A DNA stretch of 64,000 nt from an uncultured Actinomycetes bacterium (GCA_903960135.1 CAJBZP010000022.1:771-64770); one strand, 5' to 3'; counted from the first letter of the stretch, positions 21,334 through 30,369 are shown. The notes: generated by a model from the letters alone, not told the origin. Made by a program: numbers and translations.

Positions 21334-22750
21334 CTCACGAAAAGTGCCCGCGAAACACTCTCCGTGCCTCACGTAGGAATGCCCGCGTAACGGTGAGCAT
21401 TCTTAGGCATGAGAAATGGGTTATCGATGACGTCTCGTGCCGAGATCACCACCAAGTACGCGAAGGTTTATGCGAAGGCTTCGAAGAAGGACAAGGGCCG
21501 GATCCTGACCCAGGTGATGGGGGTGACGGGTTGGTCGCGGGATAACGCCCGCCGCCGACTTACCTCGGCCGCGAAGCGGCCGCCAGGTGGTGGTAGGCAG
21601 GTCGCGAAACGGGCCCGAAAACCGAGGTCACCCAAGTTCTCCTATGACGCCGTGAAGTTGCTGCAGCGGGTGTGGGCAGCCTCAGGTGGCCAATGCGGGA
21701 AGTACCTCGCGGTTTCGATGCGCATCCAACTCGACGGGCTAGAACGCCACGGTGAGTTGGTCGGCGGCGTTAACCGTTACTCCGGTGCGGTGCGCCTAGA
21801 ATTGTTGGCGATGAGTCCGGCGTCGATCGACCGGTATTTGAAGCCGGCGAAAGCCACCGATCAGATCCGAGGTGTCTCGACTACGAAGGCGTCGCCGCTG
21901 CTGAGGTCCTCGATTCAGATCCGTAGGGCTACTGATGAGGTCGAGGCTGAGCCGGGGTTCTTCGAGGGTGACACGGTCGCGCACTGTGGGCCAACGCTGA
22001 AGGGCGAGTTCGCCCGGACGCTGAACCTCACTGATGTCCACACCGGGTGGGTATTCACCCGCACGGTGCGTAACAACGCCCACGTCCACATCCTCGGTGC
22101 GCTCAAAGCTGGCGTTGAACAGATCCCGTTCGAGGTTACCGGCCTTGACTTTGATAACGGTAGCGAATTTCTCAACAAGGACGTGATTAAGTGGGCTGGC
22201 GATATGGAGATTTTCTTCACCAGGTCCCGGCCCTATAAGAAGAACGATCAGGCCACCATCGAGTCGAAGAACAATCATCTGGTGCGCAAATACGGGTTCT
22301 ACTACCGCTACGACACCGAGGTTGAACGCACCGTGTTGAACCGGCACTGGAAACGGGTCAACGACCGGTTCAACTACCTGACCCCGACGAAGAAGCCGGT
22401 CGGGTTCGGCGCCGACCGGGGTGGCAGGCGCAAACGTCTCTACGACGATCCTGCGACGCCACTGGATCGGCTCATCGCCGCGAAAGTATTGTCCCCAGCC
22501 CAGGTAGAAGAACTCCTCGCATACCGAGACTCGTTAAACCCCGCCAAGATCGCCCGTGAGATCTCCGAACTACAAGTCATGCTCTTGAAACTAGCCAAGA
22601 ACAAGACCGAGCAGCTCTACCTCGCCAGCTTCCCCAGCGCACTGCCCGACATCCGCAAAGGCATCCGGATCAAAGCCTCATGAGCACCCACATTTCGCGG
22701 GCATATTTAATTGAGGCACCGACCAAGTTTCGCGGGCAATTTGACTTGAG
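21334..22750 (+). mobile_element. insertion sequence, about 1.4 kb, single DDE (rve-type) transposase
   Basis: Imperfect terminal inverted repeats of about 60 bp. Each carries two TGCCCGCGAAA/TGCCCGCG boxes and a GTGCCTCA box. End coordinates are approximate and no clear target duplication was found. Confidence 0.75.
21409..22683 (+). CDS. DDE transposase, integrase-core (rve) type
   Basis: 424 aa with an N-terminal HTH region and catalytic-triad candidates FEGDTVAH, LDFDNGSEF and QATIESKNN. IS family not assigned. Confidence 0.85.
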   Translation: MRNGLSMTSRAEITTKYAKVYAKASKKDKGRILTQVMGVTGWSRDNARRRLTSAAKRPPGGGRQVAKRARKPRSPKFSYDAVKLLQRVWAASGGQCGKYLAVSMRIQLDGLERHGELVGGVNRYSGAVRLELLAMSPASIDRYLKPAKATDQIRGVSTTKASPLLRSSIQIRRATDEVEAEPGFFEGDTVAHCGPTLKGEFARTLNLTDVHTGWVFTRTVRNNAHVHILGALKAGVEQIPFEVTGLDFDNGSEFLNKDVIKWAGDMEIFFTRSRPYKKNDQATIESKNNHLVRKYGFYYRYDTEVERTVLNRHWKRVNDRFNYLTPTKKPVGFGADRGGRRKRLYDDPATPLDRLIAAKVLSPAQVEELLAYRDSLNPAKIAREISELQVMLLKLAKNKTEQLYLASFPSALPDIRKGIRIKAS

Positions 22751-22794
22751 GCACTACGTGACCAAGCGGGGAAAATCTTGCTTTTCGCCGGGCA

Positions 22795-25521
22795 CTACGG
22801 CTGGGCAGCGGCCGTTGGCTGGAGAGCGGCGAAAATTAGTGGTGGGGCAAATGGCAAGTCTCGAAACCGGACGCCGGTCGCATCGGCAATGGCATTGGCG
22901 ATCGCCGGTGCCACCGGGTCGATCGGCGGCTCGCCTGCGCCTTTGGCACCAAATGGGCCGAATTTATCTGCCGTGCCCGGCACATAGACCTCTACCTTGG
23001 GTGCGTCCGCGAAGTTTGGGATGCGGTACATGCGTAGACCGGGATTGAGTACCTCCCCACGTGGACCATTTTGGAACCATTCGGTAACTGCCCCGCCGAT
23101 ACCCATGACGACGGCTCCTTCAACCTGCCCACGCAGGGCCATGGGGTTGATCACGGTGCCGGCATCCACCGCATGGGCCACCTGCAAGAACACGATATCC
23201 CCGGTGGTTGTATTAATCGCGAGCCGCACGCCATGCACATTGAATCCATTGCTAATCGGTGATCCGTACGCTCGTCTTGCCTGCGCCAAGGTCACACCAG
23301 CGTCTTCGGCTGCGGCGAAGAGTTCAACAAGGCTGACGGAAGCTTTACCGGACCGAACTTCGTCTGCTCCCAATACACAGTCATTTGGTTCCACTCCCAG
23401 GTATCGGGAGGCGAAATTGACGATTTTCAACTGCAATGCTTGGGCGGCGAGCGCCACGGCCTTGCCTGCGACATTAAGTCCAGCGCTGGCGAAAGCCCCG
23501 GTGTCCCAGCCACTTGCGGCAGTGTCGCCGTGCACCACGGTGACACGATCGACGGTGGTGTTCAAGGCGGTTGCGGTGAACTGTGCTTGGGCGGTAGTAG
23601 TCCCGTTGCCAAACTCGCAGGTGCCGACATTGACCTGGTAGGTGGAGTCCGCGAGGAGCGTGACACTGGCTTCAGATCGATGTTCGGTGGGTGGCGAGGA
23701 CTCGAACATCGAAATTGCATAACCGGAGCCGACCCGCCAATCGTCGCCACTTGGTGCCTCTACTCCATTGCCGCGCGCCATCGCTGTTTCTACCAGTTCC
23801 ATGCACTCGTCTAGGCAGTAGCCGCCCAATACGTCATCACCGGGGCTGCGCTCGATTCCAACATCGTCGCCTGGCACCACGACATTCCTGCGCCGCATTT
23901 CAAGGGAATCAATGCCCAGTGCCGAGGCTAGTTCATCAATTGCGCATTCAATTGCGAATGTTGTCTGAACCGCGCCATACCCGCGCATTGCCCCAGATGG
24001 CACATTGTTCGTGTAGACGGCGCGGCCGTCGTACTGCTTGTTATTGCACCGGTACCACGTCATTGAATTGCTGCTCGCATAGAGAACTTCGCCACCGTGA
24101 TTGCCGTAAGCACCGGTGTTTGACGTCACGTCCATCTTCATGGCGGTCAAAGTGCCGTCGGCAAGGGCCCCAAGCTTGACGATTACCCGCATCGGGTGTC
24201 TTGGTGCTGCTCCGTAGAACTCTTCTTCACGGGTAAACTCCCACTGCACCGGCCGGCCGGTGTCAAGGGTGGCAAGTAGGCACAGGTCTTCGGTAAACAC
24301 CTCCTGCTTAGATCCGAAGCCACCGCCGACCCGCTTGCTAAAGAGGCGGATTTCGCTCGCATGCAGGTCAAATAGATAACAGAGTTTGGCTTGGGCCAAG
24401 AATGGCGTTTGCGTGCTCGTTCGGACTTGAAGCACGCCGGTTTCATCGATCCAGGTGACACTGCCATGGGTTTCAAGGGGCGCCTGAGCCATCCGCGGCG
24501 TGTTATACGTTGCCTCATGGACGATGTGAGCCTGCGCGAATCCGGCCTCGACGTCACCGCGTGACTTGTTGAACTCAAGGAGAATGTTGCTTGCAGGGCG
24601 CTTCAAATGCCCATCGAGTGTTGAGCCTTCATGTAGCAGGGGTGCACCCGGTTGCATGGCCGCCGAGGGGTCAAAGACAGCCGGCAACTCCTGCCACTCG
24701 ATAGCCACCTGCCGGCACCCCTCTTCGGCAGCGCCAACGCTCTCTGCAACAACAGCCACCATGCGTTGCCCGATGAACCGGGCAACTTGGTCGAGCATGC
24801 GGGTGTCGTCGGGGTCTACCAGGTGGTTCTCGTGGCCGGCGGTGTCGTAGAGCTTGTCGGGTACGTCCTCCCAGGTGTAGACGGCAACAACTCCCGGTAC
24901 TGCCTTCGCGGCACTGGTGTCGATGGAGAGCACCCGCGCATGTGCATGTGGTGAGCGCACCACCTTCAGGTGAAGTAACCCGGTGATGTCGTGGTCGAGG
25001 GTGTACTGGGCGGTGCCGGTGACGATGCCCCTGCCGTCGGCCGGGCCGACACTGGCCCCCACCGCTTTTCCTGCGGCTGGCGCCTCGTCTATGTTCGTGA
25101 CGGCGTTAAGTGCATCCTCAATTGCTCGATAGCCGGTGCACCGGCAAAGTGACCCGCGCATTGCCGCCGGCAGGTCAGCTCGTTGCTCTTCGTTCATCCC
25201 TGCACAAGTCATGATCATGCCCGCCGTGCAGAAGCCGCATTGGAATGCGCAGGCTTTAAGGAACTGCTCCTGCATCGGATGCAGGTTGTCGCCGTCGGCT
25301 AGACCTTCGATGGTGGTGATCTCATGGCGTTCGGCCTGCACGGCTGACACCAGGCAACTGTGAACTGGCTCACCGTCAAGCCAAACCGTGCACGCACCGC
25401 AGTCGCCGCTGTCACAACCCTTCTTGACACCATGGAGACCCAACTCGCGCAAAAAGGTGCGTAAGCACTGACCGGGGTTCGGTGCCGCTTCGAAGGTTCG
25501 CCCATTAACTCTGATAGCCAT
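22795..25521 (-). CDS. molybdopterin-dependent hydroxylase (xanthine dehydrogenase family), fused [2Fe-2S] and MoCo-binding subunit
   Basis: N-terminal CDSGDCGACTV and CGFCTAGM ferredoxin motifs followed by aldehyde/xanthine dehydrogenase a/b-hammerhead and MoCo domains. ATG 25521 (MAIRVNG) is the likely start. Confidence 0.85.
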   Translation of the reverse strand: MAIRVNGRTFEAAPNPGQCLRTFLRELGLHGVKKGCDSGDCGACTVWLDGEPVHSCLVSAVQAERHEITTIEGLADGDNLHPMQEQFLKACAFQCGFCTAGMIMTCAGMNEEQRADLPAAMRGSLCRCTGYRAIEDALNAVTNIDEAPAAGKAVGASVGPADGRGIVTGTAQYTLDHDITGLLHLKVVRSPHAHARVLSIDTSAAKAVPGVVAVYTWEDVPDKLYDTAGHENHLVDPDDTRMLDQVARFIGQRMVAVVAESVGAAEEGCRQVAIEWQELPAVFDPSAAMQPGAPLLHEGSTLDGHLKRPASNILLEFNKSRGDVEAGFAQAHIVHEATYNTPRMAQAPLETHGSVTWIDETGVLQVRTSTQTPFLAQAKLCYLFDLHASEIRLFSKRVGGGFGSKQEVFTEDLCLLATLDTGRPVQWEFTREEEFYGAAPRHPMRVIVKLGALADGTLTAMKMDVTSNTGAYGNHGGEVLYASSNSMTWYRCNNKQYDGRAVYTNNVPSGAMRGYGAVQTTFAIECAIDELASALGIDSLEMRRRNVVVPGDDVGIERSPGDDVLGGYCLDECMELVETAMARGNGVEAPSGDDWRVGSGYAISMFESSPPTEHRSEASVTLLADSTYQVNVGTCEFGNGTTTAQAQFTATALNTTVDRVTVVHGDTAASGWDTGAFASAGLNVAGKAVALAAQALQLKIVNFASRYLGVEPNDCVLGADEVRSGKASVSLVELFAAAEDAGVTLAQARRAYGSPISNGFNVHGVRLAINTTTGDIVFLQVAHAVDAGTVINPMALRGQVEGAVVMGIGGAVTEWFQNGPRGEVLNPGLRMYRIPNFADAPKVEVYVPGTADKFGPFGAKGAGEPPIDPVAPAIANAIADATGVRFRDLPFAPPLIFAALQPTAAAQP

Positions 25522-25534
25522 AGTTTGATAGTCC

Positions 25535-26356
25535 TTAGGAGGCCGAAAGTTCGGTTCGGATTTGCTCGGCAAAGACATACGTCAGATGACGTCGGTGGGC
25601 TGGTGTCCCGTTTGGGTCATCGAAGTAGAGCTTTGCGGGAATCAGTTGGTCCACCGCTTTGCGAACTTGCTCGCTTGAGGGCAGACCGGTGAAACGTAGA
25701 TGGACCGGGTGGATCGTGGCAGCGCTCACAGTGATGAGAATTTCACTTGACTTCGTATCGTGAGTTCCCACGAGGTAGATGCTCGAGCGCCCATGCTTTG
25801 TCAGTGAGAACCTGCGGAGGGTGTAGTTCCTCATAAGCGAGGCCATGGGTAGGTGGATGGATCTCAGTAGCTCACCCGGTTGCAAGATGTTCGTGTTGTC
25901 TCCGGTGACGAAGTTGATCGCCGGCACAATTCGGTCGCTCCCATCCATTGCGAGCAACTTGTACTGGGCCTCTAGCGCCGCACCCATCGTCACCATCGGC
26001 CCGGCGGGCAAGGAGGCGCAGATATTGCCACCCACAGTCTGCCGATTCCACACTTTGAAGCTTGCGAGGTACTCCTCGACACTTTGTCGAAGGAATGGCC
26101 CTGCGCGCCAGTGTTCGGGTGGCTTGAATTCATGTAACTCGGTGATACCGCAGGTGGCGGCAATCTCCAGTCCGGCTTCACTTACGGTAATGCTCTGCCA
26201 GCCGGTGTCTGAAAGATCGCGCAGGCGGCGCAGGTGCGGCATCGGCTGACTGAATATCAAAGTGCCACCGGCGAGCCAGGTATCGCCATCTCGCCAGTCG
26301 TGGAACAGGTCCTGCGCGGGAGGCACGAGCATATCCGTCACGGTCGGCTGATCCAC
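25535..26356 (-). CDS. FAD-binding subunit of the molybdenum hydroxylase (CoxM/XdhB-like)
   Basis: 273 aa in FAD_binding_5-like layout, immediately upstream of the FeS/MoCo gene. Confidence 0.75.
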   Translation of the reverse strand: MDQPTVTDMLVPPAQDLFHDWRDGDTWLAGGTLIFSQPMPHLRRLRDLSDTGWQSITVSEAGLEIAATCGITELHEFKPPEHWRAGPFLRQSVEEYLASFKVWNRQTVGGNICASLPAGPMVTMGAALEAQYKLLAMDGSDRIVPAINFVTGDNTNILQPGELLRSIHLPMASLMRNYTLRRFSLTKHGRSSIYLVGTHDTKSSEILITVSAATIHPVHLRFTGLPSSEQVRKAVDQLIPAKLYFDDPNGTPAHRRHLTYVFAEQIRTELSAS

Positions 26357-26472
26357 GGCCCGAATATGCCATAAAGAGGTGGTGCCGGCAATGAGGAAAT
26401 TGCTGGAGCGGTGCGAGCCGTGACCAACCCAACTTGTTCGACTAACCGCACTAACGCATAAGGTGGCCGATT

Positions 26473-27546
26473 GTGGCTTTAACCATTGGCATCGTAGGGC
26501 TCCCGAATGTGGGTAAATCCACCCTATTTAATGCACTCACCAAGAATGATGTGCTCGCTGCCAACTACCCGTTCGCAACCATTGAGCCGAACACGGGCGT
26601 CGTGGGCGTACCCGATCCGCGACTTGGTGTCCTCGCCAAGATCTTCGGGTCGGAACGTGAGTTGCCAGCAGCCGTGACGTTCGTCGACATCGCGGGAATC
26701 GTGAAAGGGGCCAGTGAGGGCGCGGGCCTTGGAAATAAGTTCTTGGCAAATATCCGGGAGTCAGAAGCGATCTGCCAGGTGCTGCGAGCGTTTCATGACG
26801 ATGACGTGGTGCACGTCGAAGGTCGAGTATCGCCCGAAGAGGATATGGAGACGATCAATACTGAGTTGATCTTGGCTGATCTCCAAACACTTGACAAGGC
26901 GATCCCGAGGCTGGAGAAAGAGGCACGAACTGATAAAACCAAAGCCGCCAACTTGGCTGCCGCGCAAGAGGCGCGTGCACTACTTGATGGCGGCACGACA
27001 ATTTTCGCATCGGGTATCGACACTTCGCCGCTGCGCGAATTGTTCTTGCTTACCGCTAAGCCGTTCCTGTATGTGATCAATGTCGATGAGCAAGAACTCG
27101 CCGATGCGGATTTTCAAAAACGCATGCGGGAACTCGTTGCCCCTGCTGAGGCTGTCTTCCTTGACGCGAAATTGGAGGCGGAACTCGTCGAACTACCCGA
27201 CGATGAAGCACTTGAGTTATTGCAGTCGGTCGGCCAGGTCGAATCTGGGTTACATGCGCTCGCGCGTGTCGGGTTCGCCACATTGGGTTTGCAGACCTAC
27301 CTGACCGCAGGCCCCAAGGAAGCCCGTGCCTGGACCATTCCGATCGGTGCAACCGCGCCTGAGGCCGCCGGGGTAATCCACACCGACTTCCAGAAGGGCT
27401 TCATCAAAGCCGAGGTTGTGTCCTTCGATGATCTAGTCGCCAATGGCTCGATGGCCGAGGCCAAGGCCAAGGGCAAGGTTCGCATCGAAGGCAAGGAATA
27501 TGTCATGGCCGATGGTGACGTGGTCGAGTTTCGCTTCAACGTCTGA
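26473..27546 (+). CDS. ychF: redox-regulated ATPase YchF
   Basis: 357 aa with GIVGLPNVGKSTLFNALT, DIAGIVKGASEG and a TGS-like C-terminus. Confidence 0.95.
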   Translation: MALTIGIVGLPNVGKSTLFNALTKNDVLAANYPFATIEPNTGVVGVPDPRLGVLAKIFGSERELPAAVTFVDIAGIVKGASEGAGLGNKFLANIRESEAICQVLRAFHDDDVVHVEGRVSPEEDMETINTELILADLQTLDKAIPRLEKEARTDKTKAANLAAAQEARALLDGGTTIFASGIDTSPLRELFLLTAKPFLYVINVDEQELADADFQKRMRELVAPAEAVFLDAKLEAELVELPDDEALELLQSVGQVESGLHALARVGFATLGLQTYLTAGPKEARAWTIPIGATAPEAAGVIHTDFQKGFIKAEVVSFDDLVANGSMAEAKAKGKVRIEGKEYVMADGDVVEFRFNV

Positions 27547-27548
27547 AG

Positions 27549-27764
27549 CTATGGGGTTTTATTGGCCCGCCTAGTGTTTCCCTCACAAACTAGATGCCCA
27601 GAGATACCTGCAAGTCCCCCAGATTGTTCACGGATTGCGGACTGGTTGCGGATCGAGGGGCATGCCTCAGCCCCATAGTCGTCGTGCCAGTCCAGATGAA
27701 ATCTGCCAAGGCAACCACTGGGGGCGGCCCAGTTCACTACCGTGAAAAACTGGCCCCCAACCAA
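27549..27764 (-). pseudogene. possible degenerate tandem copy of the small-ORF family
   Basis: Track ORF ends ...SAIREQSGGLAGISGHLVCEGNTRRANKTP. Plus-strand segments TTTCCCTCACAAAC (27577..27590) and GATACCTGCA resemble TTACCCTCAAAAC and GATACCACCTGCA of copy 3. It has an internal deletion and lacks the family stop position. Confidence 0.3.
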
Positions 27765-27822
27765 TATCGGTCAAGGGCCCGCAACAGGGTTTAAACACCG
27801 CACCTCACGGTAGGGACAGGTG

Positions 27823-27990
27823 CTACTTCTCATTACCCTCAAAACAGTAGCTCACACACCCGGCACCGTAAGAGGAGGGCTTTAGGGTGCCACCGATACC
27901 ACCTGCACCTGGGCGCACCCAATCAACACCGAGTGCGAGCCGATCGGTTGGCGCTGAACTTGCTGGGGTAGCAATATCAATATTTGGCAT
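27823..27990 (-). CDS. small-ORF family copy 3 (55 aa)
   Basis: ATG 27990 follows GGGAGCACCAA. Product is MPNIDIATPASSAPTDRLALGVDWVRPGAGGIGGTLKPSSYGAGCVSYCFEGNEK. In the track it appears only as the tail of a 249-aa shadow ORF (27823..28572). Confidence 0.7.
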   Translation of the reverse strand: MPNIDIATPASSAPTDRLALGVDWVRPGAGGIGGTLKPSSYGAGCVSYCFEGNEK

Positions 27991-28261
27991 TTGGTGCTCC
28001 CATCCGTTAACGGGCCGATACCCAAACGGGCACCTGTGAAGAAGAGTAAAATACTTCCGCCCTAAAACCAAGGGCTTAGCGACATTCTCCCCGGCTATGC
28101 CAAGACCTATCCCAAGAAGGCACCCCGAGTTCTTGTGACATGAATTAAATGAGCAATCAGGTAATGAGCTCGTCGAGGCTTTGTTACTGCTTGCGATCTC
28201 GATCATCTTGGCGTTGCTGCAGTTCGCCCGTTGGGCAGCAAAGGACCCATCGCGGCTGAGT

Positions 28262-28320
28262 GCGCGCGTTTTTGTCGTTAAATCACCGTAAATTGGGTTT
28301 TTGACGACAAAAACGTGCGC
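28262..28320. promoter_or_regulatory. long perfect inverted repeat (12 bp perfect, 17 bp with one G-T pair) with a 25-nt loop
   Basis: CGTTTTTGTCGT (28267..28278) pairs with ACGACAAAAACG (28304..28315). It lies 62 nt upstream of the typA GTG, in the shared typA/small-ORF intergenic region. Confidence 0.4.
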
Positions 28321-28381
28321 GTTCACGTCGTTGTCCAATGTCAGCGTTTTCACTGATCGGCCCCAAAGCACATAGGCTGCC

Positions 28382-30250
28382 GTGGTGACCCACCGCGAAG
28401 ATCTTCGAAATGTTGCCATTATCGCCCACGTAGACCACGGGAAAACGACTCTCGTAGACGCCATGCTGTGGCAGTCGGGCGCCTTTCGCGAGAACCAGGA
28501 CGTCAATGACCGGGTCATGGACTCCATGGATCTGGAGCGCGAGAAGGGCATCACGATCCTCGCGAAGAACACCTCCGTCCACTACACCGGCCCGGGTGCT
28601 CCCGACGGTGGCGTGACCTTCAACATCATCGACACCCCAGGCCACGCGGACTTCGGCGGCGAGGTCGAACGCGGCCTGGAGATGGTTGACGGCGTAGTGC
28701 TGCTCGTTGACGCATCCGAGGGCCCGCTGCCACAGACCCGCTTCGTGCTGCGTAAAGCCTTGCAGAAGAACCTGCCCGTGGTGCTCGTCATCAACAAGGT
28801 CGACCGCCCCGATGCCCGCATCGGGGAGGTGGTCGACGAGACCTACGAGTTGTTCTTGGATTTGGATGCCGACGAGAAGCAAATTGACTTTCCGATTGTT
28901 TACACCAGCGCAAAGGCCGGTCGCGCATCACTTACTCGACCCACCGACGGCGGTATGCCGGAGGAGGAAAACCTCGAACCTTTGTTCACCACCTTATTAA
29001 CTGCGGTGCCCGCACCAACCTACGACGAGGCCAAGCCTTTGCAAGCCCACGTCACCAACCTTGATGCCTCGCCGTACCTCGGTCGCCTTGCACTTTGTCG
29101 GGTGCACCAGGGCCACATTAAAAAGGGCCAGCAGGTTGCCTGGATGAAGGCCGATGGCACCGTCGAGCGCGTCAAGGTTGTTGAACTGTTGATTACTAAG
29201 GCGCTTACTCGCGTGCCAGCTGAAAGCGCGGGTCCGGGCGACATCATCGCGGTTGCCGGCATCCCGGAGATCACTATCGGTGAGACCCTCGCGGATATCG
29301 AAAATCCGGTGGCGCTACCGGTCATCACCGTCGACGAGCCATCGATCTCGATGACTTTCGGGATAAATACCGCGCCGCTTGCCGGTCGAAGCGGCAAAAA
29401 GCTCACCGCCAGTATGGTCAAGGCTCGACTGGAGCAAGAACTCGTCGGCAATGTCTCAATCCGAATGAATCCGACCGAGCGCCCCGACACGTGGGAGATC
29501 CAGGGCCGTGGTGAGTTGCAGCTCGCGATCCTCGTTGAGATGATGCGGCGCGAGGACTTCGAGCTCACCGTTGGCAAGCCCCAGGTTGTCACGCGCATCA
29601 TTGACGGCAAAATCAATGAGCCGATGGAGCGCCTGTCGGTAGATATTCCCGAGGACTACCTCGGTGTGGTTACCCAATTGATGGCACTGCGTAAGGGTCG
29701 CATGGAACAGATGGTCAATCACGGTACCGGCTGGGTCCGCATGGACTACATCGTGCCGGCCCGTGGCCTGATCGGTTTTCGCACCGAGTTCCTCACCGAG
29801 ACTCGTGGCACCGGCCTGCTGCACCACGTCTTTGATCGCTACGAGCCATGGCACGGTGAACTTCGTACCCGGCCAACCGGATCGCTAGTGGCCGATCGCA
29901 CGGGCCCGACAACTGGCTTTGCCCTCGCCAACCTGCAAGAGCGCGGCACCATGTTCGTCGGCCCCGGCACCGATGTCTATGAGGGCATGATCGTCGGGGA
30001 GAACTCACGATCAGACGATATGGACGTCAATCCGACTAAGGAGAAGAAGCTCACCAATATGCGCCAATCCTCCGGCGACATCTTGGTGCCCCTCATCCCG
30101 CACAAGCAGCTCAGCCTCGAGCAGGCCTTGGAGTTCTGCCGTGAGGACGAATGCGTCGAGGTGACTCCGGCTACGGTGCGGATCCGCAAGGTGCAGCTCC
30201 TTGCTGCCGATCGGGCCAAGGCCGGCCGGAAACCCAAACCCCAGAATTAA
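28382..30250 (+). CDS. typA: translational GTPase TypA/BipA
   Basis: 622 aa with [23 protein letters not shown] and NKVDR motifs. Confidence 0.95.
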   Translation: MVTHREDLRNVAIIAHVDHGKTTLVDAMLWQSGAFRENQDVNDRVMDSMDLEREKGITILAKNTSVHYTGPGAPDGGVTFNIIDTPGHADFGGEVERGLEMVDGVVLLVDASEGPLPQTRFVLRKALQKNLPVVLVINKVDRPDARIGEVVDETYELFLDLDADEKQIDFPIVYTSAKAGRASLTRPTDGGMPEEENLEPLFTTLLTAVPAPTYDEAKPLQAHVTNLDASPYLGRLALCRVHQGHIKKGQQVAWMKADGTVERVKVVELLITKALTRVPAESAGPGDIIAVAGIPEITIGETLADIENPVALPVITVDEPSISMTFGINTAPLAGRSGKKLTASMVKARLEQELVGNVSIRMNPTERPDTWEIQGRGELQLAILVEMMRREDFELTVGKPQVVTRIIDGKINEPMERLSVDIPEDYLGVVTQLMALRKGRMEQMVNHGTGWVRMDYIVPARGLIGFRTEFLTETRGTGLLHHVFDRYEPWHGELRTRPTGSLVADRTGPTTGFALANLQERGTMFVGPGTDVYEGMIVGENSRSDDMDVNPTKEKKLTNMRQSSGDILVPLIPHKQLSLEQALEFCREDECVEVTPATVRIRKVQLLAADRAKAGRKPKPQN

Positions 30251-30369
30251 ACCCGCGCCGTAGGGAGCCTCGGTGTGACACAACTAGGTCACGAAGATCC
30301 CGTTAGGCGGGTTATTGGGTGGCGGGCGGGTTACCCTGACCTGTCCGGTGGGGTCAAGGGGGTGGGCTG

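Noticed and set aside
27547-27822. tRNA, tmRNA, RNase P, SRP or 6S-like RNA in the 276-nt ychF-proximal intergenic region
   Set aside because: No T-loop, GGAAAGTCC or SRP motifs are present. The region is better explained as a decayed small-ORF copy plus hairpins.
7230-27990. Calling the small ORFs RiPP precursors or a biosynthetic system
   Set aside because: No radical SAM, YcaO, lanthipeptide synthetase, cyclase, dedicated peptidase or exporter gene lies adjacent to any copy. The neighbours are unrelated housekeeping genes. It is kept only as a hypothesis.
7226-28000. The idea that the three repeated elements are an ncRNA, riboswitch or MITE rather than genes
   Set aside because: Substitutions between copies have a 3-nt periodicity and are overwhelmingly synonymous. 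Flanking sequences outside the ORF are not conserved and there are no terminal inverted repeats. Protein coding is the better explanation.
27823-28572. 249-aa minus-strand ORF in the track spanning the small ORF, the whole intergenic region and the 5' end of typA
   Set aside because: Its N-terminal third is antisense to the well-supported typA coding sequence, and it crosses a 17-bp hairpin. Copy 2 of the family has an in-frame stop 7 codons upstream of its ATG, so the conserved unit is about 55 aa. The open frame is noted as a curiosity only.
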